From a virus, in the IMG/VR virus record IMGVR_UViG_3300033144_005375, positions 1 through 64,000 of that record: DNA of 64,000 bases, one strand, 5' to 3'. The notes under the pieces were generated by a model, which saw nothing but the letters and a program-made list of their open reading frames with translations, did not search any database and was not told the origin of the DNA. The first letter of the stretch is position 1. Each line of letters starts with the position of its first letter. Position numbers and translations under genes: made by a program. Of the stretch, positions 48,043 through 57,331 are shown piece by piece.

Positions 48043-49662
48043 CTAATTGTCGTCTTTTTTGGCCTCAGCCCGCTTTTTGAGGGCCGCTGCCATGGCCTTC
48101 TTGATGTCCTCACGGGCCAAGTTCGTCTCCACGGCCAGAATCCCCTTGAGATACTGAGGATCCTTCGTCAGATACTTCAAAGCAGCAGCGACGCGCACCT
48201 TGACCGGCCGATCCTTGTCCCAGTTGAAATCGGGGATCAGCATCTTCACAGCCTCGTAGGCCGGATCGTGTTCCGGACGCCGATGGACCTCCGGCACAGG
48301 ACTGCTCACAGCGTCTGGGAGCACATCTTGAAGCGTCTCCCCACTCTGGGCCTCCTGCACGTCCCCAGTGGCCACGACCGTCACTGGGGCTCCCTGGGAC
48401 ACGTTCCCAACGACCACCCCATCCTCTTCGTACTTCTCGACCCGAAGGCGCTTGCCACCGGCGGCACGCTCGATCGCAGTGCTCGAGGTGTTCGCATCGC
48501 TGGCCACGAAACTCTGCTTGGCTGGCGAAAGGATCCGACTCACGGCAACCCCACCGTCGATGGTGACAGGAGGCGCAGCACTGGCTGTCTTCCGAGTACC
48601 GACCTGCGCGCCATCGCCCATCATGATCGACTCTCGGTTCCCCGAGGTGACCTTGGCCGACTCGTCCAACCGAATCGGGGCGCCCGCGGTATTGGACAAT
48701 TTGATCCGAGAAACTTCACGTTGCTCGTCCACGACAATCGCACCGCTGATGCCGGGGCGCTTGGGGGCGCGTGCCTTTTGGGGGACCGCAGGACTCACAC
48801 GCATGGCGATCTCCTCCTCACGCTCGATGATGGTGCGCTTCTGGTCACCAACGTTTCCGACGACGGTGCCTTCGGTCTCCGTCGTGTCCTGCACGATAGG
48901 CATCGTCAGACGCTCATCCTGCATGTCCACGGGAAGGCGACGAGCGCTCGTAGGTTTGGCAACGGCCTTGCGCTTCGCGACCTTCTTGGACTTCCTCTTC
49001 AGAGGGGGCGCCGGATCGTCTTCCGCCCAGTTGAGGAGCGCGATGATGTCGGAATCGACCTCGGCCCTCATCTCGGCCTGTCGCTCTTCCTCTTCGGTGT
49101 CGTCCTCTTCCTCGGGCTCCGTCTCGAAGAGAATCATCTCCTCTTCGATCTCGCTGAAGATCTCGTCAAGCTCTTCGTCACCGGTGCTCTCGACGTAGTA
49201 CTCCTCGCCATCCGCCACGGCTTCACGAGCTTCCGGACTTTCGAGTGGCACCCGTCGCGTCGCCTCGAGATTGGTAGCTTCACGCGCAGCCTTGCGATCT
49301 GCGATCGAACCCACCATGCGCTCGTCGTCTTGCTCGAGAGTGATCGTGGTGCGAACCACCCGCTCATCACCACGCGTCTCGGTTGGACGCACCTTGATGC
49401 CGGCAGCCTTGGGACGAACACTCATCACCTGCTTGCCGACTGGCACAAGCCAGTTCGAGTTGAGGATCGCAGTACGAAGCTGCGGCACATCAGGGAACTC
49501 CCGGCCATCCTTGAGGATGACGGTGGACCCGTCGTACTTGAGTTCTTCACCGAGCGCTGGCGTGTAGCCACCTCCGCTGGTGTTGATGAATCCGAGGGAC
49601 AGTCCCTCGACTCTCACTTCGTAGGTCCGGAATTCGTTTACTTGAAAGTCGATTGCAGGCAT
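48043..49662 (-). CDS. hypothetical protein (539 aa)
   Basis: long ORF with GGGGAG SD and an acidic central region. Confidence 0.65.
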   Translation of the reverse strand: MPAIDFQVNEFRTYEVRVEGLSLGFINTSGGGYTPALGEELKYDGSTVILKDGREFPDVPQLRTAILNSNWLVPVGKQVMSVRPKAAGIKVRPTETRGDERVVRTTITLEQDDERMVGSIADRKAAREATNLEATRRVPLESPEAREAVADGEEYYVESTGDEELDEIFSEIEEEMILFETEPEEEDDTEEEERQAEMRAEVDSDIIALLNWAEDDPAPPLKRKSKKVAKRKAVAKPTSARRLPVDMQDERLTMPIVQDTTETEGTVVGNVGDQKRTIIEREEEIAMRVSPAVPQKARAPKRPGISGAIVVDEQREVSRIKLSNTAGAPIRLDESAKVTSGNRESIMMGDGAQVGTRKTASAAPPVTIDGGVAVSRILSPAKQSFVASDANTSSTAIERAAGGKRLRVEKYEEDGVVVGNVSQGAPVTVVATGDVQEAQSGETLQDVLPDAVSSPVPEVHRRPEHDPAYEAVKMLIPDFNWDKDRPVKVRVAAALKYLTKDPQYLKGILAVETNLAREDIKKAMAAALKKRAEAKKDDN

Positions 49663-49728
49663 GGATGCGCTCCCCTGGGTTGGTGAAAACCGACCAGGAT
49701 TACGTTACCCACCTAGATCGCAAGCGGA

Positions 49729-50025
49729 TCAATGAACTGTTTCCCCGTTTTTCCGCACCAAAACGGCTTTCGGGGGCTCTTCGGGGTCCTGGGCTGGAAA
49801 TTCCTCCATTGCGCAGCTCAGGGTCTTCCGAATGTTGGGCAAAAATTCCCGCCGAACTCGGACTCGAGAGACCACTGTGGCTTCCTGGAGGTCCGCCGAG
49901 TAGATCATGAAATCCAAGAAACAGTCGTCGCCGATCTCTTTGACAACGCGAAACGCATTTGCGTACTGCCCGAACTTCACGTCCTCCTGGACGTTGACCT
50001 TCGTGATGCGTTGAGACTCAGCCAT
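49729..50025 (-). CDS. DUF3467-like protein
   Basis: GQYANAFRV...FLDF...VVSRVRV. Confidence 0.55.
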   Translation of the reverse strand: MAESQRITKVNVQEDVKFGQYANAFRVVKEIGDDCFLDFMIYSADLQEATVVSRVRVRREFLPNIRKTLSCAMEEFPAQDPEEPPKAVLVRKNGETVH

Positions 50026-50059
50026 GCGTAAGACCTTCAAGAACTACTGTACCCGTGGG

Positions 50060-50383
50060 TCAGATATCCACCTCACCAGGTTCGAAGCCCATCTCGAGCA
50101 ACGAGGTGCGGTAACGGCGGGGGATCTGAAAAATGAAAACAAGACTACCATCGCAAAAATGAGTACCGACCGGGAAGGATGCGCTGGGGCATTCTTCAAA
50201 AAGAATAGCTAGATCATCGAACCGCTCTGCCACCCGCTGCATCGCAACCGCAACGTGCGACATCCCGACCGGCACGTCTTCGTGTTCCTGCAAGGTTTCA
50301 CTCACGTTCGGGAACCGAACGTGGCAGGTAATCTTCTCATCCGGGGACGGGAAGCGGAGCACTTGGGCTTCCGATGCCATCAC
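50060..50383 (-). CDS. hypothetical protein (107 aa)
   Basis: downstream of the promoter-like motif at 50398-50414. Confidence 0.5.
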   Translation of the reverse strand: MMASEAQVLRFPSPDEKITCHVRFPNVSETLQEHEDVPVGMSHVAVAMQRVAERFDDLAILFEECPSASFPVGTHFCDGSLVFIFQIPRRYRTSLLEMGFEPGEVDI

Positions 50384-50397
50384 TGTCTTAGAGGTGG

Positions 50398-50976
50398 TTA
50401 TAGGGTTACAACCGTCGCTTCCCGGAGGAATTCATGGATCTCCTCCGAATTCCTGAACCACTCGGCCTCTAAACGCAGGTGGGAAAAACGCGCGTGTAAG
50501 GCGGCTTCCCGATCCATCGTGCCGGGAACCGTTCCCAACAACGTCAACTTGTGCGCGTTCGCAGTTTGAAGTTCCCCAATGCGTCTTTCGATGTCCTGTG
50601 TCCAACCAATCTTGATCGGCCCACCCATACCGGCCTCGACGAAATACACGAGACCATCTCGATCTTTGAGCGCGATGTACTCTGGCTGGTAGCGGATCGT
50701 TGTGACCCTCACTCGACCATGCACTTCGAATGACTGCCACAGTCCCGTCGAAAGTACGCTGTAGAGCGGCTCTTCCGTGACCGGGCCGTATGCGTACGTG
50801 ACGCCGGAGTTCGTCTTCGTTTCGTCCAGACGAACAAAGTCGGTTCGAAGCACACGCGATGATGCGTGCGTGTCCATCACACAAACGTGATGCGTCGGAA
50901 CGAACTCAGCGCTCACAAGGATGTCGGAGTAACACTCCTCCACATCCGTCCGCGTGTAGATCGGTGGTCGGGCCAC
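50398..50976 (-). CDS. GIY-YIG / T5orf172-domain protein
   Basis: VYFV...IKIGWT..IERR..LQT.N...E..LH..F..LR...EWF. Confidence 0.75.
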   Translation of the reverse strand: MARPPIYTRTDVEECYSDILVSAEFVPTHHVCVMDTHASSRVLRTDFVRLDETKTNSGVTYAYGPVTEEPLYSVLSTGLWQSFEVHGRVRVTTIRYQPEYIALKDRDGLVYFVEAGMGGPIKIGWTQDIERRIGELQTANAHKLTLLGTVPGTMDREAALHARFSHLRLEAEWFRNSEEIHEFLREATVVTL

Positions 50977-51009
50977 CCTTCTCTCTACCCACTAGTTGTT
51001 TGATAGGCC

Positions 51010-51654
51010 CTACGGACCTGGACTATCGAGCATCCAAATCTCGATGGCCTTCTCGATCGCGTACTCCTTGGGCATCGCACCCAGTTCGTAGCCCTCGTAA
51101 AGACTCTCGGCGCGCGGGCGCATGTGCCCACGGATCGCTTCTTCGGATGCCCCGAAAAGACGCTTCACCCGGTAGCTCTCTCGGTACGCCTGGACCTCAA
51201 GCGCCCAACGACCTTCGGCGACGACGTACATGAGGCCCATCTTGAGCGGCGTGTGGGCGTCGTACTCACGGACGTGCACGATCTCATGCCACAGGATCTC
51301 GGCCTGCGTGGCCTCCGCCATCTCGTCCCAGTGCTTGGCGACGTAGATCTTGCTGGGGAAGGTCGTCGTGAACTTCTCCCACTGCTCGATCCCCTCGGCC
51401 TTCGGGAGAATGCGGATGCCGTTGTCCTCGATCTCCTGCATGGCGAGCAGCCACGCTTCGTGTGAGTCCGAAGGGATGACCCCTTCTTCCGCCATCTCCG
51501 ATGTACGGTTGGCCAGCTCTTCGTAAAAAGGAGTCGAAGGGACGCCATTTTCGTCATAAGCCGGTGGGCCGACGATGTCGATGGACAGTCCGTGGGGACA
51601 CCCTGTTGCGAAAAGAGTCAGTCCGAGTGTGAGCGACGTGAGTACGGTTCTCAT
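51010..51654 (-). CDS. lipoprotein with HEXXH metallopeptidase-like motif
   Basis: LTLFATGC lipobox; HEIVH...EVQAY; GGAGG SD before the ATG at 51654. Confidence 0.65.
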   Translation of the reverse strand: MRTVLTSLTLGLTLFATGCPHGLSIDIVGPPAYDENGVPSTPFYEELANRTSEMAEEGVIPSDSHEAWLLAMQEIEDNGIRILPKAEGIEQWEKFTTTFPSKIYVAKHWDEMAEATQAEILWHEIVHVREYDAHTPLKMGLMYVVAEGRWALEVQAYRESYRVKRLFGASEEAIRGHMRPRAESLYEGYELGAMPKEYAIEKAIEIWMLDSPGP

Positions 51655-51737
51655 GATGCCTCCATCGAAGGGGCTCCTATAGAGAGAACAGCGCTTAGGG
51701 TCAAAGACAGCCATGGTCTCAGGGTGTGCCGGATGCC

Positions 51738-53903
51738 CTACACACGCAAAAACCAGCCCGTGTGTTTCTCGAAAGTGGGAACGAGCGCGTCCTTAGCGAC
51801 TTTGTACTGACCCACGACATGCAACGCCCCGGATGCGTCCTTGGCCATGAACAGAATCTCGCATTGTCCCGGCTCATCTTCCATCATGGAAATCCCGCAT
51901 TGGGTTCCCTTAGATGCCGTCCGGTTCGGCCAGCTAAACAGCAGCTCATTTTTGTAGAGTTTGAGGTCGCGAGCTCCAAGCATGCTTTCGAGCTTCCGAC
52001 GACCACCCAAGGCTTCCAGAATTTCGTGGGCCTTCTTGTCACTGCCCCTTTTGAGACGGTCGATCAGTTTGCTGATCTCGGTCTCGGACATCTTCTCCAG
52101 GGAACTCTTGGACGGCGACTTCCGGCCAGCTTGTTCGAGCAAACTGTGGGCATACGAAACCTGCTTCGAGGAAGCAACCGTCTTCTCTCCCTGCATTTTC
52201 TCAATGAGCGAGGAAATCTCAGCCTTGGTCTTTTTGGCCAATTCGGATTTCGTATGGTTTTTGCCCTTCTCCTCCGAGAGATCGAGGGCGAACTGGACCT
52301 GAGCCGCAGTCGCATTGTCGATCTTTTCTTCGGCTTCGGCCGCGAGCTTGGAGTGAACGAGCTTGAGTTTGAGGACCGGAAAACCGAGCCCACTACCAGA
52401 CTCCCACACCAACGGCATTCCCTGACCACGATCAGCCAGCATCTCTTGCTCAGGATTGACGCCCTGCAAAAGAACTCCCGGAATGTCAGGGTCGAAATCA
52501 GAATCCACGAGACGTGTCGCGACCTGTTGGGGGTGAAGCTCGTTGGGCGAGTAGAGGATCTCGATCAGGTCGCCTGCACGGAGGTTCCGCAGCATCTGGT
52601 GCTGGGAGAACTCGTCCATGGCGAAGTCCCGGATGTTGATGTTGATGTTCCCCTCCTTGACGACCTCGCCCAGCAGGGCCTGCCGGAAGCTCGAATCTTT
52701 TTTGGCAAGATCGATGATGGCACGGGTGGCGTTTTTGGTTGTCATGGCTTTATCCTTTTTGCTGCGCTTCTTGGGGAGGCTGTCCCAGATCTTATTCAGG
52801 ATCTGCATCTCAGTCTTGTCGAGCTGTGGCGCACGCTCGACTTTTTCAGAACCCTTGTTCTTGCCTCGGCTCTTCTCCGAAGCGTTGTGGAGAAACTGAC
52901 CGACCGTCTTCCCATCAGCCTTGGCTTTTCGATCAACGTATTTCTGGAGAACCTGGTCCCTACCGACGGGGAGCTCAAGTTCGATCTCAGAACCTTGTTC
53001 GAACCAGTACTTGCGCCCTTCCGGGAAAGACATCAATTCACTGATGCGGAAAGGGTCCCCAGGCTCTGAAAAAGAACTCGTGTCCTCAAGCTCTTCGATG
53101 AGCCACTTCGGCATCTGACTCACGTCGTTCTCTGGGATATCCCCGTCAAACCCGAGCAGAGGCCAGACGTAGTAGCCCACGTAGTCACCGTCAAAGCTCC
53201 CGGCTCCTACCGTCTTGATGTAGCTATCCGGGGCTACTTCTTTCATGCTGGCCACCTGGGTCGCCAACATCCGCGTCCCCATCCCTTTGGGCGCACCACT
53301 ATCAAGCTCCAGGTGCTTATTCTGGATACTGCCGAGACGACCGTTGAGGAAAAACATCTCCCGGTCCATCTCCACAATATCGTCGCCCTCTGCGGTGACC
53401 ATCACAGCAGACCGGTTACCCCTCTTCAAGGTCATGAGTTTCACCGCCTTGAGACCTGGGACGCCGCCGCCTCCGGCCAGATCGAGAGCCAACTGCTCGG
53501 GGGTCATGCCGGCCTTTTTTGCGGCCTCCCCCAAGATGCTGTGAAGCTCCTGTTTGATCTCGTCAGAGTCTTCCCCAAAGGAGCCGTACTCCACCTCGAC
53601 GCCCTTGTACCGGTCAGGGTCCTTGTTGGGCGTGAGAGTCGTAGCCTGGAGGGCCTCTTCCGGGATCTGCCGTTGGGGCTTCTTCGGCTCTTCCTGGGGA
53701 CGCTGACGACTACGCCTCCAGTACTCGTGGATGCGCTGTTGCTCTTCATCCGGCAAAGTTGCGAACGCGACCTCCACCTTCCGACCGTCAGGATTCGGGT
53801 TCCGGAACTTGCGCCCGCGCATCGCCTCCAGAAACTCCGGAGCGTACTTCGCCCTCCGGACCATCCCCGGGGGTCGAGAGAACAGATCGAGCACAGCAAC
53901 CAT
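51738..53903 (-). CDS. multidomain GNAT-like paralog 3 (721 aa)
   Basis: LDLFSRPP; KFRNP...F.TLP..EQ; PKGMGTRMLATQV...GYYVWPLLGF; two AT..Q..(F/Y)A..L repeats. Confidence 0.7.
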   Translation of the reverse strand: MVAVLDLFSRPPGMVRRAKYAPEFLEAMRGRKFRNPNPDGRKVEVAFATLPDEEQQRIHEYWRRSRQRPQEEPKKPQRQIPEEALQATTLTPNKDPDRYKGVEVEYGSFGEDSDEIKQELHSILGEAAKKAGMTPEQLALDLAGGGGVPGLKAVKLMTLKRGNRSAVMVTAEGDDIVEMDREMFFLNGRLGSIQNKHLELDSGAPKGMGTRMLATQVASMKEVAPDSYIKTVGAGSFDGDYVGYYVWPLLGFDGDIPENDVSQMPKWLIEELEDTSSFSEPGDPFRISELMSFPEGRKYWFEQGSEIELELPVGRDQVLQKYVDRKAKADGKTVGQFLHNASEKSRGKNKGSEKVERAPQLDKTEMQILNKIWDSLPKKRSKKDKAMTTKNATRAIIDLAKKDSSFRQALLGEVVKEGNININIRDFAMDEFSQHQMLRNLRAGDLIEILYSPNELHPQQVATRLVDSDFDPDIPGVLLQGVNPEQEMLADRGQGMPLVWESGSGLGFPVLKLKLVHSKLAAEAEEKIDNATAAQVQFALDLSEEKGKNHTKSELAKKTKAEISSLIEKMQGEKTVASSKQVSYAHSLLEQAGRKSPSKSSLEKMSETEISKLIDRLKRGSDKKAHEILEALGGRRKLESMLGARDLKLYKNELLFSWPNRTASKGTQCGISMMEDEPGQCEILFMAKDASGALHVVGQYKVAKDALVPTFEKHTGWFLRV

Positions 53904-53908
53904 CTGGT

Positions 53909-56900
53909 CTAGGAGTCTTCCTTGCTCAGCTCGGTGAGCAACAGCTTACGGAACGCATCGTTGCCTGTAGCGAGATCCACGAGATTCCGCGCGGCCTCCT
54001 TCTTGTGCTTCTTCTTCTTTTTGTTTTTCTTACGAGTTTCGGCACCCATCGCGTCCCAGATGCGGTTAGAAATCTCCTCTTCCTCGGGACCGAAGGTCGG
54101 AGGCTCCTCGACACCCTTCTTCTTGGACTTGCCCTTGGACTTATCCTCGTTCTTGGCCGCCGCGCGGTTCAAGAACTGGTCCACACCGACATCCGCCTTC
54201 TTCTTGGCCACTTCCTGAACGTATTTCGTCAGGTACCCGAGATTCCGAGAACCCTCACTCAAATCGAATTTCATGTTGTCCTCCCCCCTCCCGTGATCTT
54301 TCCACCAGTCTCGAGCTTCTTGACCGGCCTCCATGACATCGATATAGGTCAGACCGCGTGAGCCGGCAGAGTGGACCTCACGAATCGAATCCTTGATGCT
54401 GTCAGGCATGCGGTTAAACTGGTCACTCGGGAAAGATTTGTTATAGCCGAACCGCGGCCACACGTAGTACCCGTTGAACTGACCGTCTCGCCAAGGGCCA
54501 TTGCCGGCCGGCTGAGTCGAAAGGTACTTGAATCCCATCTCCCGAGCGGCAGCGACTTGAGTGGCAAATGCCTTGAGGCCCATCTGTTTGGGGGCCGAAG
54601 GCTCCAGCTTAAAAATGCTGTTGTAAATAGAGGACGGCTTGCCGCCCTCGAACTTGACCACCCGGCTCATCGTTTCGATGTGGGTCCCCCGAGTTCTCAC
54701 AGTGAGCTCTTGGTTCCCACTGTAACCCTCCACAGAGATGCTGACGTGGGTCACCGAATTCGCGAGACCACCCGCGCCAACCAAATCGGCGATCACATGC
54801 TTCGGATCTCTACCCGCAGCTTTGGGGCCCAAAAGATCCCTCAAAGTCTCTTCGGTTGCGCCATACAAAGTAAAACTAACGTCGTCGTAACGAGCCGCCT
54901 GCTGGTTGGTAGTCAGTTCGCCATGACCCGGCTCGGCAAAACCACCAGGAGGGGCCACGAGCGGAGGCAAAAGGGCCTCTGGAAGATTGCCCTTGGTGAG
55001 GTAAGCCCACTGTTTGAGGTCCGCCTTGCTGAGCTCCTCAGAGTCTCCCTCATTTTCTCCCGTGTTAGCGTTAATGGGCTGGAGTTTCATCGAGTCTGAA
55101 CCGATCGACTCGACCCGAACCCACTTGGGGGTCCGGTGGTGCATCGCACGAACCACTTGACCTTGCCGCACGTCCGAAAAGGTCTTGACGCGGTCACCCG
55201 TTTCCGCCTGCTGCGGAGTCACGGCGATCTTGTAGTCACCGTCGAGATCCGCTTTTCGGACCTTCGTGGGACGACCAACTCCTCGACCGTCATGGACATC
55301 CTGGATGTGGATCGCGGTGGGCGTCCGATGAACCACTCGATAGGTCTTGTCGCCCTTGGTCACATAGCTCCCAGGGCCCACGTCCGCAGGTGACGTGATG
55401 ACGTGGCCCGGACCGATCATCCGCGTGTACGGACCGCGTTGCTCGAAAAGGGTTTTGTTGAGGTCACTCGGAGCCGCCCTCTGGTGCCCCTGGGCATCCA
55501 TGACACGGGAAACAACCTGTCCATTCGGTTTGATCGCCACCACCTCACGGTGCTGGTTCTGGTCACGCAAATAGTTGTTCGAGAAAATGTCCCCAATACG
55601 AAGCTGACGCGGTTCCGTGATCGTGTCTCCCACGGGGATGTGGGGGAGTTCCCGCTGCCGTTCTCGTTCTCGGTCCCGCCGTTCTTGTCGCTCTCGTTCT
55701 TCTTGTTGTATGCGTTCTTGACGTTGCTCGCGTTCCCGCTGGTCTCGCGCGGCAGCTCCTGTGGCCGGGTCCGCCACACGCTCGTACTGCCCACGCCCGC
55801 TGAAATCCCCTTCCCGAGTGATCCAGGCACGAGGTGTCGTCCGAGGGTCCCGAAGAGTCGCCCCTGTCTCAGCACTGACCTGCTGGGTCTTCATGTCGCC
55901 GTTCGGCAGCACCTCGAGGATCTTGCGCAGGCGCCCCAGACGGGTCAGCTCATCATTCTGGATGAAATCGCCAGCACGGAGCTGCTTGGTGTCATCGACT
56001 TTGGTGCCGATCTCGACACGCGGTCCCTCATCGGCATGCTTGACAACCTTGTGGTCTTGGATGGAAGTGAATGGAAGGTTGTAGGAGCCATCAATCAGGT
56101 TTCCGTTGTCGTCCACCTTCTGGACCTTAATCACCCGGCCTTCGTGGAGCAGCTCAAGAATCTTGCGACGAGGTTGACCGTCGTTCGCCTGAAGGAGGTC
56201 CCCCACGCGAACCCGGCTAGGCCGTACAGCCTTCTCGCCGATCTGAGCGCGAGGTCCGTCACCGACAGGTGAGTACTCCCTGAACGATGACTCGTTCATC
56301 GTCCGGGCACGTTCGCTCCAGGACCCGTTCTCTTTTTTCCACTGGTAAATAATCTCCCCGTTTGACGCGTCAACACGGGAGATTCGGATTTCGTTGCCAT
56401 CCGAGTTCCGAAGGATGGTGCCAGTCATCATGGCGTCATACGCACTGATACCCTCCGACGGTTGCTGCTGTTCGGGAGCTTCTTGCTTCTTGTACTGCAT
56501 GTTGCGGAAACTGGCTGGGCTCATGGTCCGCGCCCGAGCACTCCAGTTCCCGTCCTCTGTCTTCCAATAGTAACGAATTCGTCCCTCACCATCGATGTTC
56601 CGGAACTTCATCTCGTGGTTGTTCCGGCCCCGAAGGATGGTGCCCATCTCCAACTCATCTGCGTTTTGGAGAACCCCTCCAGACTGCTGCCCTTGCTGCT
56701 GTTTCCAGGCTGCGAATTCACGAGCGATTTCTTGCCGGAAGTTCTCGTAGTTCATCCCAGTGTTGAACCGGACACGAGGCTCTCGGCTGTTACGCCGACG
56801 ACGACGCTGAACTGGATCGGGATGCTCAACAAGCTCACGACCACCCTCATGTTTCTCATCGAGAAACTGTTGCCACAGCTCCTCTCCCTCGAAACCCTCA

Positions 56901-57331
56901 CGGTCACGTCGAGGCCGACGAGCACGTCCCCGTCCTGGGGGAGTCGGGGCCGGCGTTGGGGTTGGGGCGGGCTGAACTGAAGGTCTTTGAGGGGATTCTG
57001 GGGGCGGACTGAACAGGTCGCGACCGCCTGCGGGTGCCTCGGGCGCAGGTGTCGGAGCCGGGGTCGGAGCCGGTGTCGTCGCACCTGGTTCGGGAGGCCG
57101 AGTGAACAGGTCCAGGACCGGTGCCGCCGCAGGGGCAGCAGGAGCTTCGGCAGCCGGCTCCGGGGCAGCAGGAGCCGCTGGTGACGGCGTAGAGGCACCT
57201 GGTTCGGGAGGCCGAGTGAACAAATCGAGCGCTCCGGAAGAGCCGCCAGCGGGGGCCGCTGGAGCGGGCGCAGAACCACCCTGATCGTCATCCCCCGGAG
57301 GAGGTTGAAACAAATTGAAACTAGCGGCCAT
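53909..57331 (-). CDS. multidomain GNAT-like paralog 2 with SH3/Tudor-like repeats (1140 aa)
   Basis: LDLFTRPP repeats; several .GD.L/I beta-barrel-like repeats; PKQMGLKAFATQV...GYYVWPRFGY. Confidence 0.7.
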   Translation of the reverse strand: MAASFNLFQPPPGDDDQGGSAPAPAAPAGGSSGALDLFTRPPEPGASTPSPAAPAAPEPAAEAPAAPAAAPVLDLFTRPPEPGATTPAPTPAPTPAPEAPAGGRDLFSPPPESPQRPSVQPAPTPTPAPTPPGRGRARRPRRDREGFEGEELWQQFLDEKHEGGRELVEHPDPVQRRRRRNSREPRVRFNTGMNYENFRQEIAREFAAWKQQQGQQSGGVLQNADELEMGTILRGRNNHEMKFRNIDGEGRIRYYWKTEDGNWSARARTMSPASFRNMQYKKQEAPEQQQPSEGISAYDAMMTGTILRNSDGNEIRISRVDASNGEIIYQWKKENGSWSERARTMNESSFREYSPVGDGPRAQIGEKAVRPSRVRVGDLLQANDGQPRRKILELLHEGRVIKVQKVDDNGNLIDGSYNLPFTSIQDHKVVKHADEGPRVEIGTKVDDTKQLRAGDFIQNDELTRLGRLRKILEVLPNGDMKTQQVSAETGATLRDPRTTPRAWITREGDFSGRGQYERVADPATGAAARDQREREQRQERIQQEERERQERRDRERERQRELPHIPVGDTITEPRQLRIGDIFSNNYLRDQNQHREVVAIKPNGQVVSRVMDAQGHQRAAPSDLNKTLFEQRGPYTRMIGPGHVITSPADVGPGSYVTKGDKTYRVVHRTPTAIHIQDVHDGRGVGRPTKVRKADLDGDYKIAVTPQQAETGDRVKTFSDVRQGQVVRAMHHRTPKWVRVESIGSDSMKLQPINANTGENEGDSEELSKADLKQWAYLTKGNLPEALLPPLVAPPGGFAEPGHGELTTNQQAARYDDVSFTLYGATEETLRDLLGPKAAGRDPKHVIADLVGAGGLANSVTHVSISVEGYSGNQELTVRTRGTHIETMSRVVKFEGGKPSSIYNSIFKLEPSAPKQMGLKAFATQVAAAREMGFKYLSTQPAGNGPWRDGQFNGYYVWPRFGYNKSFPSDQFNRMPDSIKDSIREVHSAGSRGLTYIDVMEAGQEARDWWKDHGRGEDNMKFDLSEGSRNLGYLTKYVQEVAKKKADVGVDQFLNRAAAKNEDKSKGKSKKKGVEEPPTFGPEEEEISNRIWDAMGAETRKKNKKKKKHKKEAARNLVDLATGNDAFRKLLLTELSKEDS

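Noticed and set aside
51001-51017. Fourteenth copy of the promoter-like motif (GTCC-GTAGGG-CCTATCA)
   Set aside because: The upstream half does not match CGGT
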